A DNA stretch of 63,933 nt, filler included, from Kipferlia bialata (GCA_003568945.1; 6 parts of 6 records of this genome joined end to end with filler, not necessarily neighbours in it); one strand, 5' to 3'. Shown: positions 12,288-27,276, counted from the first letter of the whole stretch. Numbers and translations: made by a program. The notes: generated by a model not told the origin, from the sequence alone.

Positions 12288-15200
12288 CCCCTCTGAGCCA
12301 AGTCGGTTCGGGTTCTCAGTGGCTGTAGACGGTGAGTATTATATGTATACAATTAGTTATATACAGTAATATATATGCAATTTTCGTTGATTAGTGATAT
12401 ATGGGTGTCAAGAGTATCCAAACAAGTGTGTAGCTCAGTTGCAGTGGATGGTGAGTGTCATATACTTAGCACTAATTATATTGTGGTATCTTATATCAAG
12501 AGAACACCTGGTCAAGTTTTCAATTGTAATTCCACACATATATATATATATCCCTCTCACATTCTTGGGCTGTGGTGGTATTAGGAGTGAGATATACATA
12601 TACAGTGTAATACGTACTCTCACCCCCAGGCCAGTGGGCTGTGGTGGGTGCCCCAGAGGCAGGGATCAAGGGAATCAGGGGTAAGTACTATTATTCATTC
12701 TCTCTCTTGTATTATTCTCCGAGTGGTCGCCACTAAGCACTTGCACATCAGAGAGAGATGTTTCTATAAACCCTCTATATGTAACATGTATAGTACGTCT
12801 CTCTCCTCATATATCCTTCTCTCTGATCCTCCCCACCTCACCCTAGGTGCCGCCTATCTCTTCCACCGAGACAGGGACTCTGACCCATTCTCACTGGTGC
12901 AGGTATAGAGTATACACTTCTACACAATATACACTACTACTATATAGTATACTCCATATATATAGTGAATAGAGTATGTATGTATAGGGACAGGGACTCT
13001 GACCCCTTTTCACTGGTGCAGGTAGGGGGTCTAATCCTGTAATATATACTCTACTATATATACTCAATATTTATATATAGTGAAAGAGTCAGCATTTGGA
13101 CACCGACCCATTCTCTCTGGTGCAGGTAGGGGACATCAACATAGTGTATATAGTATTTGTATCCATAAGACCTCTCATAGCAGACCCTTGGCACTGGTGA
13201 TATCCAGGATGCAGTGGCCTTATACTATATGTATATATCATTGTGTATATATAGATATATGTACATATGTATTCACCACTAAGTTAAAGGCTCTGACTAT
13301 AGTCCCTTGACACTGGGGATATCCAGGATGCAGGTTCCTTTGGGTCTAGTATATGAAACACTATCATATACATTATGGGTAGTGTATTTGTACCTATAAT
13401 ACCTCATATCAGACCCTTGACACTGGTGATATCCAGAATGCAGTGGCCTTTGGCACAGCAGTGGCCATACAGGGGGACTACATGCTGGTGAGGACACGCA
13501 CATGTATATGTATATATATATATATATATATATAACTTTTGAATGTATATGCAGTGGCCATACAGGGGACTACATGCTGGTGAGTGTATACTGAGATATA
13601 CATGTATATTAGTGAATCTATCTATATTTTCATAGTGTAAGGTGTGGCCATACAGGGGGGCATACGTGCTGGTGGGTGTATGAGTACATATACATGTTCT
13701 ATACTTCCAGTCTATACTACTTGAATACATGAATTGATATTTGCCAGAACAGAGTACTGTCCCTTACCCTAGGTCAGTGCACTGGGTATATGTATATACA
13801 CACACATATATATATACATAATAAACACCGCTCTTTACCCTAGGTCAGTGCACCCCAAGGGAATGAGGGCAAGAACAGCTATGTCTTTGCATATCAGAGG
13901 TAGTATGGATCCCCTCTCTCATCGATATATATATCATATACTATTAACTGTCTCAGTATGAGCACCGGAATGGAATACTAAATATTTATGAACAGCTACG
14001 TCTTTGCATACCAGAGTTATATATGGAGTACTCTACACCCTTAGTACCTGCAGCGCTTGTTCTATTCCATCAATGTATCAGTGTTGTATTTGTATGAGTA
14101 TGGTATATGTCTGTTCTCCCAGTGATGACGGGATATAGATATCATATATCCTCAGTGAGAGTTCGATATCTATATTTTTGAAAGCCTACCTCTCACCCTA
14201 GAATTGATGGGGCCTGGGAACTGGTCCAGTGCTTAGTACATGTGGAGGAGGTCACGAACTTCCCAGGTATATCAGTATCTCTCCCTATGTGATGCATCAT
14301 ACAAGATACATTTGTATACAATTATGATTATGTGTATATACGTATGCTTTTATTCATATGAGGTGGCCATGAATTTCACATATAATATTATAAAGCTCTA
14401 TATATTTAATTACTATATATATGACTTCCAGGCAGTGGATATGGGCAGACCCTCTCCCTCTCCCTTTGGACACACTATCATATATATATATATGTATATA
14501 TGTCCTATATATATATGTACTATCTCTATCCCTGACTATTAGGTAGTGGCTATGGCGTGACCCTCTCCCTCTCCATGTGGACAGATGATGCCACTGGCAA
14601 TGAGTACGGGTGGCTGGCGGTGGGGTCTCCTAACGATGGTGACTTTAGGTAAGTCATTGCGAGTTCTAGTATTTTTACATCTTTCACATCTTTCTCTATA
14701 TATCTTCCTCTGTTTCTCTGTATGTATATGAGTCAATCACTGTATATATGTGTTACAGTTGTGTGGTATTTAGTCTTCATACTAGTATATTGTATTGATA
14801 CATATATTGATACTAACACCCAGTGGTGCTGTGTATGTGTACGGCAGGGGCCATGCCTTTGGGGAGACATCGGACGATGACAAGTGGATACTAGGTATAC
14901 ACAGTTCTCTATCATTCTATGTGATAACATAACAAGTGGATACTAGGTATTATTGATATAGTCCCTAAGTTCATTTTGCTTGTATTCTTTCTCTATGTAA
15001 TGATATTGCCATGCGTTTGGGGAGACATCGGATGACGACAAGTGGATATTAGGTAGACAGTTGTGTATACACGTTCTCTCACAATATCCTTGATGAGTAT
15101 ACTTGACCCAACTCCTAAGTATCTCTCTACATTCCCTCAGGCAGTACCATGCACTCTAAGGTTGAGTCTGTAACCCCAGAGAATATTCTTACATGGCATC

Positions 15201-18200
15201 CTTAGTCTCTTTCTCTATACAAAGCAGATATAGCAGGGGATGATGACACTGTCATCATGACAGTATTAGGCCTCAGTACCATTGACTCTAACCCCAGAGA
15301 CTACTCTTACACCTGACGAATCCAAGGTGTGGGACTGCAGCTATGGGGACTCAGTCCTAGTCACACAGGTATGGCTGAATATCTTTATATATATATATAT
15401 ATATATATCGTATATATATGTATATTGAAATATGTATGAATTCTATCTGTGAACCTTGTGTATGTAGAAGTATATTGTAGGTACGGAGACTCAGTCCTAG
15501 TCACACAGGTATGTGGACATACAAGCCTGAACATCCATATTGACTGTTAACTCCATGTTTGTCCCTTTCTATCCCTCTGGCTAGTGACATCTTCATACAT
15601 TCTATACGACTGAGTGTAGTTACAACCTTCTCTTATCTTTCACTTTTTGATATATGTATATTTCTCCATTAGTACATGCCTTGACATTCCAGACCTCTCT
15701 GGTCGTCGGCACCCAGACCACTGGAAACGTGGATGTGTACCTCAACGATGAGACAGTTACCGAGGGGTGGCAGATAGTGGACTATCTGGAGGTATGTTGT
15801 ATGTAGAATATACAAGATATAGAACCATGTATGTACGGGAATAGTATATAACTTTAATAACAAGAGAGTGCCCGAGGTGTGGTAGATAGTTAACTACTTG
15901 GAGTGTTTCTAAGGATATAGTATACCTCGGTATATGCAGTAGCATAACAGTGTATATTATGTATATATGTATATTATATATGTACACTTATCTTGCTACA
16001 CTTTGAGAAGGATGGCAGCTAGTGGAACATCTTACATGTGAGGTATACGATAGTTCTATCATCTATTCCTTTAGTAACCCCTAGGTTGATTGCCTCTTCC
16101 CACTGAGCCTGTCACTGTACATGGCACCCAGGACAGGTGTGTATGTAAAAACACTACATATCATATATGTATGAATGTGTCTTCATACATCTATTCATGG
16201 ACAGATCAAGTCACTGAACATGGCACCCAGGACAGGTAAACAGAGATATATATACATATGTATATGAGTGTTGGATTATACGAGTGGTGTTTACAGGGAT
16301 AGGGCATGTCACTGTACGTGGCACCAAGGACAGGTATGGCTGTATATATGTGTATATGTATATCATATGTATATACGTTAGATACTTATATATATATATA
16401 TATATAGGTTGTCACCGTACATGGCACCCAGGACAGGTAAACATATTGACATTTATATGTGTATACCTAGGGTATGTTAATCATTTTCATTTGCGTCTCA
16501 TGGAATGGAGTTGAGTTTACGGTAGTGCTCTTGTGTCGGATAATATAACCTCAGGTGGTCCCGATGACCACCTGGACACCCTGGTCAATCATATATACTG
16601 TTACAACTGGCCATTGAGAATGACGTATAGTAATTCGTTTTATATTCTTCACTTATGTCCTCAGGTGATCCAGATGACCACCTGGACACCCTAGTCATAG
16701 GCTGTGGGTGGTGGGGACCTAACATCCCTGACCCATTCTCCCCAGGTACTAGTGAGGTGTGACAAGTAAATACACACATCTAATTGTCACACCCTACTCG
16801 ATAAGTGATAGCTAAGTTTGAGAGAGGGAATTAATATCCCACTTGATAGCCATATCTTACGCGATAGGTGACAACGGTGCCTTCTGGGTATATGAGAGGG
16901 AGGAGTTCTCTGGCTTCAGCAACAGACCTGCTCCATTTGAACTGACACAGTCAGTGTACAGTGACCCCGACCACGGAGAGTAAGTAGTGCACCATAATCA
17001 TTATACACCAGTATGGGAATCTCTTTCACCCTCTGCCACTCTCTCGCCACCATATTCACACAGACCCCGATTATTCTTCTTCTCAAACGTCAGGCACTAC
17101 CTGGCCACCAGTGTGTATGTATTATATATCAATACCCACACATATGGGCGTACTATTAGTCACACAGAGTAAGGGAATCTATCTAACCCCCCAGGCACTA
17201 CCTTGCCACCAGTCTCTATGTCGACAAGAACTCTATCTAGATTTATGAGAGCGTCTAATACTCGATATATATTTATACACACCTCTATTCAACTATATAT
17301 CTCACCCCCCAGGCACTACCTGGCCACCAGTCTGTATGTAATACATATATAATACACTATATATTATATATATAGTACACTAACACACACATCTATATAT
17401 TCTCTAACGTCAGGCACTACCTGGCTACTAGTCTGTATGTCGACAGGGACTACATGCTGATTGAAGAGAGCGTCTGCTACTTCGTTAGTATACTACTAAG
17501 ACCTCGATTAAGTAACTACCTTGACCCCCAGGCACTACCTGGCCACCAGTCTGTATGTGGACAGGGACTACATGCTTGTGGGTGCACCTGGGGGGACAGA
17601 TGGTATGCACTGTTTCATTAGTATATATACTTCTGTGGTTACCTTAGTATATACTACTTTTGGACAGGGACTACATGCTAGTAGGGGCACCAGGGGGGAC
17701 AGACGGTATGTATTGTGTGTATATATGTACATTAGTATACTAGTACACAGCGGTACACCATAGCTCTATTACTATGCAAGCTTGGGGAGCACCTGGGGTG
17801 ACGGAATGTTTAGATAGTGGGAATACTTCAATGTACTATGATTCTCACCTCCAGCTGGCCTTGCCGTCATGGACTCTGCCCTGGTGGTGTACAAGCCAAC
17901 AGGTATCGACATAGTCTACTATTCCTTACACACAGTATATACTATATGATGTGATATGGACTTTTCAGTCTAGAAGTAATCCATCTACGCTGGTAGTCTA
18001 CAAGCCAACAGTTACAGGAACATATGTGATTCTAGCGAGATCTCTATGTAGTATATACGTTCTCATTTTATATCTCTGTCTCTTTCAGGGTGTTATACAC
18101 ATTCTAATCCAGGTTCAACACCCAGTGACAAGTTGTACAAAAGTAGTTATGCTTAGAGTTGTAGTTGTGGCAGTTGTCAATATATATGCGATTGTTTTGC

Positions 18201-18956
18201 TTCTAGGTTTGCTACCAATACTAACCCAGGTTCAACACCCAGTGACAAGTGGCAGCAGGCACAGGTACGTATGTAACGTATCCATACACTATATAAATAT
18301 TATATATACCACACTGGTGATGTCTACAGTATGACACCAGTGGCAGCAGGCACAGGTATGTGATATACCTTAGTATATCATGTCACACTAGTATCCCAGA
18401 CAATTGTATCAGTATTTATATGTGGGTGCTATATCTGCATGTTAGTGACAAGTGGTAGCAGACACAGGTATGGGTATACTTCATATTCCACACATTAGAC
18501 CAGTATTAATGCACATACCAAGATAACCAGATACTAATATATAGATACGGACTATTCTCTAGTCCATTACTCTTCTCTATCTCACTCTCAGGTCATCTCT
18601 GACTATGACTGGGACGCACAGCTCGGTGATGTATTGGCAGTGGACAGTGACACAAACACAGTGTTGGCAGGTATATACACATATTCATCTCTACATGTAT
18701 GTATATACATATACATTTAGGATGGATGATGTACTAGCAGTGGACAGTGACACAAATACAGTGCTGGCAGGTACTGATACTGATTCAATTCTTTGTCTTT
18801 TCTCACTCTCGGTCGTACCACCGATCCCATAAATATATATATATTATTCCTTGTACTCTGAACTTGTCACTGAGTCCTACTATAGTCTTACCGTCAGGCA
18901 TGTCCTTCTATGACGGTTGGACTGGCCTGGTCGGGGTGCTCCAGTTTGACGTGTGA
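12288..18956 (+). CDS. FG-GAP (integrin-alpha-type) repeat beta-propeller protein, 5' truncated
   Basis: Spliced exons give SRFGFSVAVDG|QWAVVGAPEAG..G|AAYLFHR, AFGTAVAIQGDYML|VSAPQG..SYVFAYQR|IDGAWELVQ, GYGVTLSL..WLAVGSPNDGDFS|GAVYVY, SYGDSVLVTQ|TSLVVG, HYLATSLYVDRDYMLVGAPGG, QLGDVLAVDSDTNTVLA|GMSFYDGWTGLVGVLQFDV*. TGA ends at 18956. The FG.SV...(V/A)GAP....GA.Y pattern repeats and exon phases are consistent. Confidence 0.85.
17094..17460 (+). repeat. Acceptor-side exon-echo array, 4 copies
   Basis: cag|gcactacct(g/t)gc(c/t)ac(c/t)agt occurs at about 17094, 17194, 17313 and 17414. The full exon starts at 17532. Confidence 0.9.
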
Positions 18957-19298
18957 AGCGAGTCAAAGAATAGAACAATATATTGGGTCCTATGCGTTGA
19001 TATTGTTGGGCTATGCTGCAGACTCTACATACCGGTGCAGTCTGCACTATAGACGTAGTTCATAGTATAGTAGATTCAGGGTGTAGAAATGAGAGCGGAT
19101 TCAGTGTGGCAATCAACCAATGTGGAGGACGTCTATTACTTCATACGATGCCTAAGACACTCTCGTGTTTAGTTGAGCGGTGACAGAGTCAGCATGTATG
19201 CCTCCAAACGATAGTAGAACAGTAGATGTGACATAGATATACATACAATAATACACAGAGGAGGAGAAATGCTACTGTCATTTGCAACGTCTCCTTCT

Positions 19299-21064
19299 CT
19301 AGTTGGCAATGGCACCCACATATGCTGTGATGACCAGGGAACAGAACACACCGGCAGTGATGCCTAGTGGTCAGTGCTCTGATTAGAGAGAAAGGGAAGG
19401 AGAGAGAAACAGAGAGTGTGTGTGTCTGTAACTGCGTCCTCTCCACCTATGTTGAGGCGTTAGAACAGGATGAGAGAGAAAGAGAGATATGTTCACCTAT
19501 GTTGACGTAAGCCCTATGTTGAGTACACAGAGAGAGAGAGAGAGAGAGATGCCTACCTATGCTGACGTAGAATGCGATGATGATGCCCCCCATAGCCCTG
19601 TCCACTGGCCTGAGGGTACCAGGGGCCAGCATCATCATAACCTATGTATCAGATAGAGACACAGAGAGAGAGAGAGAGAGAAAGTCCCAGGGGCCAGCAT
19701 CATCATAACCTAGGGGTCATATTGAGACAGATATATACACATATATATATATATATATATATACATATATTTATATAGTACCAGGGGCCAGCATCATCAT
19801 AACCTCGGTATCAGATTGAGACAGAGGCAGAGAGAGGCAGAAAGAGAGAACCTGTACGGAGGAACAAATGAGTGTATATCATGGGGAGGATAAGTATCTA
19901 TCATTCAAAACTCAAAGTCATAGTTAAACTAAAACGTGTAGCAGTACCGTACCGTGGATGTGTATCCATTGGACAGGGCAAAGACGGCCATGACAAGGCA
20001 GGCGAGGAAGTCGCTGGAGTGAGGGTGGGAGCATAATGGCAATTGCTCATCATGTCATATGAGATACATCTCCTCTGCTACCTGGAGATGACGGGTTCTG
20101 AGGCTCCCGTGGGATCTGTCGACCCACAGATGAAGAGGATGAAGATGGGGAGGAACACGACACGGATGACTGGGAGTAAGTCTAAGTGAGTAGATATATT
20201 CATAACTCCATGAAGGATAAACATGGAGAGAGAGAGAATCCACGTACTAGCAGTAACCATGAGGTGCGTTATCGTGACTCCCTTGGACAGGCGGGGTATG
20301 AAGGGGAGCTGCCTGCTGAGGTAGTCACAGACCTGAGTATGAGGGATGACTATCTCTCTCACACACTCACACACTCACCATCAAGATGGACATTGTCACA
20401 GTATCACACACACACACACACCCACACACTCACACACACTCACCATTATGACTACACATATACATATATGGTATATATATATATATGTATACATACTTAT
20501 CTCCCGTACCATGAAGATTGACATTGTCACGACCTGCCACCATGCATTGGGGTCAGGTCTCTGGGTGGGGATCATGTCAGTCACACCTGCCGTGGGTATT
20601 GTATATATATACTATATATATACCAGAATCAGCCACACGAATCATTGAACCATGATAGACCACCACACTCTATACCTGGGAAGAGGGACAGTGTGACGAA
20701 GAGTACGAGGGACACGGTGACACCAGGGCGCCTGGGGTGAGGGAGCAACAAAGGTACAATACAAAGCACTGTACGAATGCAATAGCATATGAGTCTTCAC
20801 CTTCACATAGAGACGATGATGACACTGATACTACACTACTAATGCATATGCATATACCAGCATAGAACTCACCACATGGAAAGGAACAGAGCTACGTATC
20901 CCAGGGGCTCATCAGGGCACTGGGCCTGGAAGTAAGAGGGAGAGAGGGAGACACACAGAGTCAGGGAGAGAGAGAGAGACTACCTCTGCATCCAAGATGG
21001 ACTCATGGCCATCCACCTCGCCAGACTCAGACTCAATCTCACCTTGGGTAAGAATGTGGATGGA

Positions 21065-21106
<42 letters not shown>

Positions 21107-22588
21107 TACTGTGCGCCAGACTCTGACTCCAAGCTGAGAGGGGAGATAGTGCGTTGCAATACTGTCAATATGACTTACCCACATCCCCAGCACCCTGGTA
21201 TCCCTTAGCCTGGGGTTAAGACTGGTTTAGTCACGAAATTGTGTTACATGATGAGAATCGTGTGTGGAATAGAGGGTCAGTGATGGGAGTAAGTAGGGAG
21301 TGTACGAAGAACCTATAGCGATATGGAAGGGTAGCAACTGGCTACTATTCTACCTTAACCTCCTGTGATGCTAGTATTCCTTCTGTCTCCGAGTGTGTAT
21401 GGACCAGGCATCCCTGGAATCAGTATACTTGCTAATAAACATATTTATACTTCAGTATATCAGTATATATGCTAATTTAGATATATATATATATACATAT
21501 GTTACTCTGTTCTATGCGACCATGTTCATGGACCAGGCATCCCTGGAATCAGTATATAATGTTACAATGTATATATGTATCATCCCTGGGGCGTCAGACA
21601 AGGCTTATTAGTACACATTATTATTATCCATTATTAGTATCAGTGTATGTAAATATCAGAGAAATATAGAGAGAGAGTCTCACCCTACGGAGGGAGAATT
21701 TCTCTCGGAGAAAGGGGAGAGAGAAACAGAGAGAGAGAGCCTCACCCTACGGATGGACTGCATGGTGGCACGTGTGTAGGGAGTGTTGATGACGAGATAG
21801 AAACCGACGCCTGGGGTGAGTGGAGACACATATACACGGTGTATGTTATTGCACTTCTACAGTCGGAAGGAGAGGACACTCCTACGTCATAATCGTGCTG
21901 TGGTATGTAACCAGGGTATGTATATAGTGTACATACCTGCTGCGAGCATGATTAGTGTTGCCACTGTATAGTATGCATATGTAGTATAGAACTATATATA
22001 TATAGTATCACAGTCAATATATCATTGTACATACCTGATAATACCATGACGAGTGCTGCCACAGTGAAGTATGCATCGGTGGACAACTGCAGGTCATCAG
22101 TGGACAGCTGACATGAGAGAGAGAGAGACAGTGGACAGTTGCAGGTCGTCGGTGGACAACTGACATGAGGAAGAGAGATAGAGAGAGAGGGGTAGGTGAA
22201 TGGTCAACTGACATGAGGAAGAGAAAGAGGGGGGGGGGATGGATAATGAAGATATTTGTAGAGGAAGAGAGAGAGAGAGAGGGGGGGGTCGACGCAGACG
22301 TACGTATAATGTAAAGGGTGGTAGGGGAAGCACAAGTCAGTGGGGATCGGGGGAAAGAAATTGGAAGAGAATAGATGGACAATGTAGAGATTTGTGCTAC
22401 TGTGCCTGTATACACCCCTGCCTTTATGACAATCTCTTTCTCCTTGCATCTCTCTCTATATCACTATACCTTCGTGATGATCTTGATGAGCTCAGCCACC
22501 ACACCAGCCACTCCGTTGCCGGCCATGATGGCCTGCTCAAACAGACCCCCTGAGGGTAAACGGAATATATATATATACACTCACACAT

Positions 22589-22621
<33 letters not shown>

Positions 22622-23612
22622 GGTGGACGCTGATGCGCTGATATTATGACATATAACACATACTTTATAAGACGTATACATACATACATATATATCTATG
22701 GCTAATACCTTGGTGGCCTGCTCAGACATACCACGTGGGAGCAAGAGAGAGAGAAGGGGAGAAGGGGAGAGAGAGAAAGAAGGAGAGAGAGAGAGACAGG
22801 TCATTATGGTGTGCTCCAACACATCCACCGGGGTGGAAAGATAGACTCAAGAAACGAAAGAGAGACAGAGAGAGAGAGAGAAAGGGAGAGAGAGAGAGAG
22901 TACCTGAGAACCCATTTGCCATTGACATCATTGCTGGGAAGAATATGTATATATACATATGTGTGTGTGAATATAAAGAGACAGAGAGAGTACATAACGT
23001 AATATATAGTATACTTATATGTAGACAGAGGGGGGGAGGGGGGGGGGGATGTACCTGAGAATCCACTTGCCATTGACATCATTGCTGGGAAGAACACACC
23101 GTTAGAGGCACCACAGCTGAGTGAGACAGAGGATTGGGAGGGAGAGTGGGAGAAAGGAGAAGAACACACCGTTACAGTATAGTGGTATGTAAAGAGAGAG
23201 AGAGAGAGAGAGAGAGAGCACTCACATGAGCACTATGAAGAGTGTCACCCACTCTCCGTCCTGTCCAAAGAGAGTATGGACAAAGGGGGTGGCGATGAGG
23301 CAAGTGAAGAATAGACAGAGGCAGCTGATGACTCTAATGTCCATGGGCCACTTGTGGCCCCAGATCACCTGGGGGTGAATGATAGGGAGAGAGAGAGACA
23401 GAGGGAGAGAGAGATAGTGTGTGTATTTGTGTGTGAGAGGGGGGGGGAGGAAGAGAGAGAGTGTGTGGGACCATATGACCTAGGGTGAATGATAGAGAGA
23501 GAGGGTGTGTGTGTGTGTTTATGTGAGAGAGCGAGACAGAGAGAGATACACACTGACCATGACAACCAGCATGACAAGGGAGGGTGTGTTGTAGGCGACT
23601 GACATCTTGGTC
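19299..23612 (-). CDS. Equilibrative nucleoside transporter (ENT/SLC29 family), 5' truncated
   Basis: Minus-strand exons give IRVISCLCLFFTCLIATPF, CGASNGVFF, FEQAIMAGNGVAGVVAELIKIITK, AYFTVAALVMV, LFVTLSLFPG, VCDYLSRQLP, IRVVFLPIFILF, FALSNGYTST, AMGGIIIAFYVSIG|ITAGVFCSL...IAN*. TAG is at 19299-19301. The motifs VTLxxFPG, DxxxR, RxxFxPxF and SNGY are ENT hallmarks and occur in the correct order. Confidence 0.9.
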
Positions 23613-23727
23613 CTGGAGCATCAGAGAGAGAGAGAGAGAGAGAGAAATGTACCTCAGTCACAACATCGTCTTGGCATATGAGAATGAGGGGGGGGGGGGG
23701 GGGGGGAGGGGGGAAAGAAGGGGGAGA

Positions 23728-23827
23728 NNNNNNNNNNNNNNNNNNNNNNNNNNNNNNNNNNNNNNNNNNNNTTAATTAATTAANNNNNNNNNNNNNNNNN
23801 NNNNNNNNNNNNNNNNNNNNNNNNNNN
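23728..23827. other. Artificial contig-joining linker
   Basis: Same 100-bp N/TTAATTAATTAA/N structure. Confidence 0.97.
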
Positions 23828-24049
23828 CATCTTGGCGACACATCCCCCCCCCCCCCCCCCCCCACGCTGTGTCTCTATGTCTCCTTATGTGTATACGTAT
23901 TTTTGTACTACTATATCTATCCCTAACTTTCTAGACCCTCATGGACGTCATCCCGTGCCGCATCCATCGCTATATAAGTATAAGTATATGTAACTATAGT
24001 GTAATTTTCAGATTACCTTCCCTCTCTCTATATATATCACTGACCCTAG

Positions 24050-25549
24050 ACCCTCATGGACGTCATCCTGTGCCGCAACGCCGCTGAGCTCAGGGCCATT
24101 GCAGACCAGTACGAGCACCAGGTACATAGTATAGAGTATATATATATGGTATATATATTTGAGTATTTATTTGAATATCCATATGGGAGGGAGAGCCATC
24201 GCTGACCAGTACGAGCACCAGGTACATAGTGTATATTCTATAGGTAGATATATAGATAGACAGACAGGTGATACTCTAGTATGTAGCCACTACACCCTTT
24301 GTTTACCCTAGTACCACAGGAACATCCTCTCTGAGCATATTTAGTAGTATTTTAGGTCTGTGTGTCTCTCTCCCCCCCTCCACACCCTTTATTCACCCTA
24401 GTACCACAGGAACATGAGGGAGGACATCCTGTCAGAGTATATATGATAATACTCTAACCTTAAGTATATATATACTCTAGTATAGTATACACTGTATCTT
24501 ACCCATAGTACCACCGCAACATGGAGGACATCCTGTCAGAGTATACATGTATATACACACACATTATATCGTATATATATATATATACACACACACACAT
24601 ATATATATATTAATATAAATATACCCTACTAACGCCAGTACCACCGCAACATGAGGGAGGACATCCTGTCAGAGTATATATGATTATACTCTAACTCTAA
24701 GTATATGTGTGTATATACTTTTATATAGTATACACTATATCTTACCCCCAGTACCACAGGAACATGAGGGAGGACATCCTCTTTCTCTCTCTCTCCCTCT
24801 CTCTCCCTCTACACCCTTTATTCACCCTAGTACCACAGGAACATGAGGGAGGACATCCTGTCTGAGTTCTCTGGCAAGCTCAAGAGGGTCTTCATCGCTG
24901 CTCTCTCCATGGGCCGGTACGCGAGATAAGATATATATAGATGTACAGTATGTATGTACTGCATTGTTATATTTAATATGCATCTCTCTATATATATCCT
25001 TACCTCCCAGTGAGGCCGGCCCCGCCGACATGTCCCGTGTCAACGAGGACGTGCAGGCACTCAGGAAGGCCACAAAGGGTATGTACATATATATATATAT
25101 TAACTCCCTCTCTCTCTCTCTCTATCTCTATCTCTGTCTCTCTCTCTACACCCCTAATGCACAGGCCTTGGCACCGATGAGGCTGCTGTGTACCAGATCC
25201 TGTTCAGCCGCTCCATGCTGCACCTCAGGTATAGTTAATAGGTTGTATACAGTAGATATATGTAGTGTAGCATAGTCATGTGACTTGTGTACCAGATCCT
25301 GTTCAGCCGCTCCATGCTCCACCTCAGGTATAGGGTATCTCTCCCTCTCTTTCTCTCTCTCTCTCGATATACATGTTGTAGAATATAGTATCTCTGTTTC
25401 TCTCTCTCTCTCTTTCTTATCCCCCAGAGCTGTCTCCACCGCCTTCACTCAGTCTATCTCTCTCTCTCTCTCCCCCTCTATATATATACTCATATACGTA
25501 CTGACATCAGGGCCGTCTTCACCGCCTTCACCCAGGCCTTTGGCAAGAG

Positions 25550-25614
<65 letters not shown>

Positions 25615-27020
25615 CCACTAACTTCAGGGCCGTCTTCACCGCCTTCACCCAGGCCTTTGGCAAGAGTGTCAGGGACATCATGAAGTCTGAGTTCAGCGGA
25701 AAGGTATGTATACACAGTATATGCACACTATATATATAGATAATGATAGAGTGTCAGGGACATCATGAAGTCTGAGTTNNNNNNNNNNNNNNNNNNNNNN
25801 NNNNNNNNNNNNNNNNNNNNNNNNNNNNNNNNNNNNNNNNNNNNNNNNNNNNNNNNNNNNNNNNNNNNNNNNNNNNNNNNNNNNNNNNNNNNNNNNNNNN
25901 NNNNNNNNNNNNNNNNNNNNNNNNNNNNNNNNNNNNNNNNNNNNNNNNNNNNNNNNNNNNNNNNNNNNNNNNNNNNNNNNNNNNNNNNNNNNNNNNNNNN
26001 NNNNNNNNNNNNNNNNNNNNNNNNNNNNNNNNNNNNNNNNNNNNNNNNNNNNNNNNNNNNNNNNNNNNNNNNNNNNNNNNNNNNNNNNNNNNNNNNNNNN
26101 NNNNNNNNNNNNNNNNNNNNNNNNNNNNNNNNNNNNNNNNNNNNNNNNNNNNNNNNNNNNNNNNNNNNNNNNNNNNNNNNNNNNNNNNNNNNNNNNNNNN
26201 NNNNNNNNNNNNNNNNNNNNNNNNNNNNNNNNNNNNNNNNNNNNNNNNNNNNNNNNNNNNNNNNNNNNNNNNNNNNNNNNNNNNNNNNNNNNNNNNNNNN
26301 NNNNNNNNNNNNNNNNNNNNNNNNNNNNNNNNNNNNNNNNNNNNNNNNNNNNNNNNNNNNNNNNNNNNNNNNNNNNNNNNNNNNNNNNNNNNNNNNNNNN
26401 NNNNNNNNNNNNNNNNNNNNNNNNNNNNNNNNNNNNNNNNNNNNNNNNNNNNNNNNNNNNNNNNNNNNNNNNNNNNNNNNNNNNNNNNNNNNNNNNNNNN
26501 NNNNNNNNNNNNNNNNNNNNNNNNNNNNNNNNNNNNNNNNNNNNNNNNNNNNNNNNNNNNNNNNNNNNNNNNNNNNNNNNNNNNNNNNNNNNNNNNNNNN
26601 NNNNNNNNNNNNNNNNNNNNNNNNNNNNNNNNNNNNNNNNNNNNNNNNNNNNNNNNNNNNNNCCCCCTCTCTCTCTGCTCTGACCCAAGGCACCAACGAC
26701 TCCCTCCTCGTAGTCTAATATGAATATATGATTATGTAATAGTATAGATAGTATCCTCTATATCTATATATATCATATCCTCATTCCAGGCACCAACGAC
26801 TCCCGTCTTGTGGCCTGCCTTGCCACCAGATACGACATCTGCGGGTTCGGACGCATCGCTGCAGCCTACGACCTCAAGGTATGGGTCTCTATGTCTCTTT
26901 TTCTCTCTATAGTATACCCTGTAGTATGGAGTATTAACCTCAAGGTATAGTCTCTCTCTCTTTCTCTACCTATATATATATATAGTGTACCCTCTAATCC
27001 GGAGTATTCCTCTCTCTTCC

Positions 27021-27059
<39 letters not shown>

Positions 27060-27276
27060 ATATATATATATTTATATATGTATTCATATGTCCCTCTGAC
27101 CCTCCAGTACGGTGGTGCCGGCAAGTGCGCCAAGGACATCAAGGGGGACCTCTCAGGTGGGTATAGGATGTATAACTGTGTATCTATTTAGTATGTAAGA
27201 TAGTGAATATTTGTGTATGATCCTCACCTCAGGCAACTACGAGAAGCTCGCCCTCGCCCTCCTCCACATCCAGTAA
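24050..27276 (+). CDS. Annexin; 5' truncated, with an internal 884-N gap
   Basis: Exons: TLMDVILCRNAAELRAIADQYEHQ|YHRNMREDILSEFSGKLKRVFIAALSMGR|EAGPADMSRVNEDVQALRKATKG|LGTDEAAVYQILFSRSMLHLR|AVFTAFTQAFGKSVRDIMKSEFSGK ... GTNDSRLVACLATR..|YGGAGKCAKDIKGDLSG|NYEKLALALLHIQ* (TAA 27274-27276). These are annexin repeats 2-4 with KGLGTDE and I..(E/D).SG motifs. Confidence 0.95.
24312..24780 (+). repeat. Acceptor-side exon-echo array in annexin, 5 copies
   Basis: ag|taccac(agg/cgc)aacat.. occurs at 24312, 24402, 24509, 24639 and 24752. The full exon starts at 24831. Confidence 0.92.
25779..26662. other. Scaffold gap inside the annexin gene
   Basis: N-run without the linker. Annexin repeat 3 lies before it and repeat 4 after it. 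Confidence 0.95.

Noticed and set aside
15141..15160. Apparent mini-exon ag|gcagtaccatgcactctaag|gt in the FG-GAP gene
   Set aside because: Inclusion shifts the frame into a stop. Skipping it gives KWILETTLTPDESK in frame.
25693..26718. Three ORFs longer than 300 aa
   Set aside because: They consist of X residues from the N gap.
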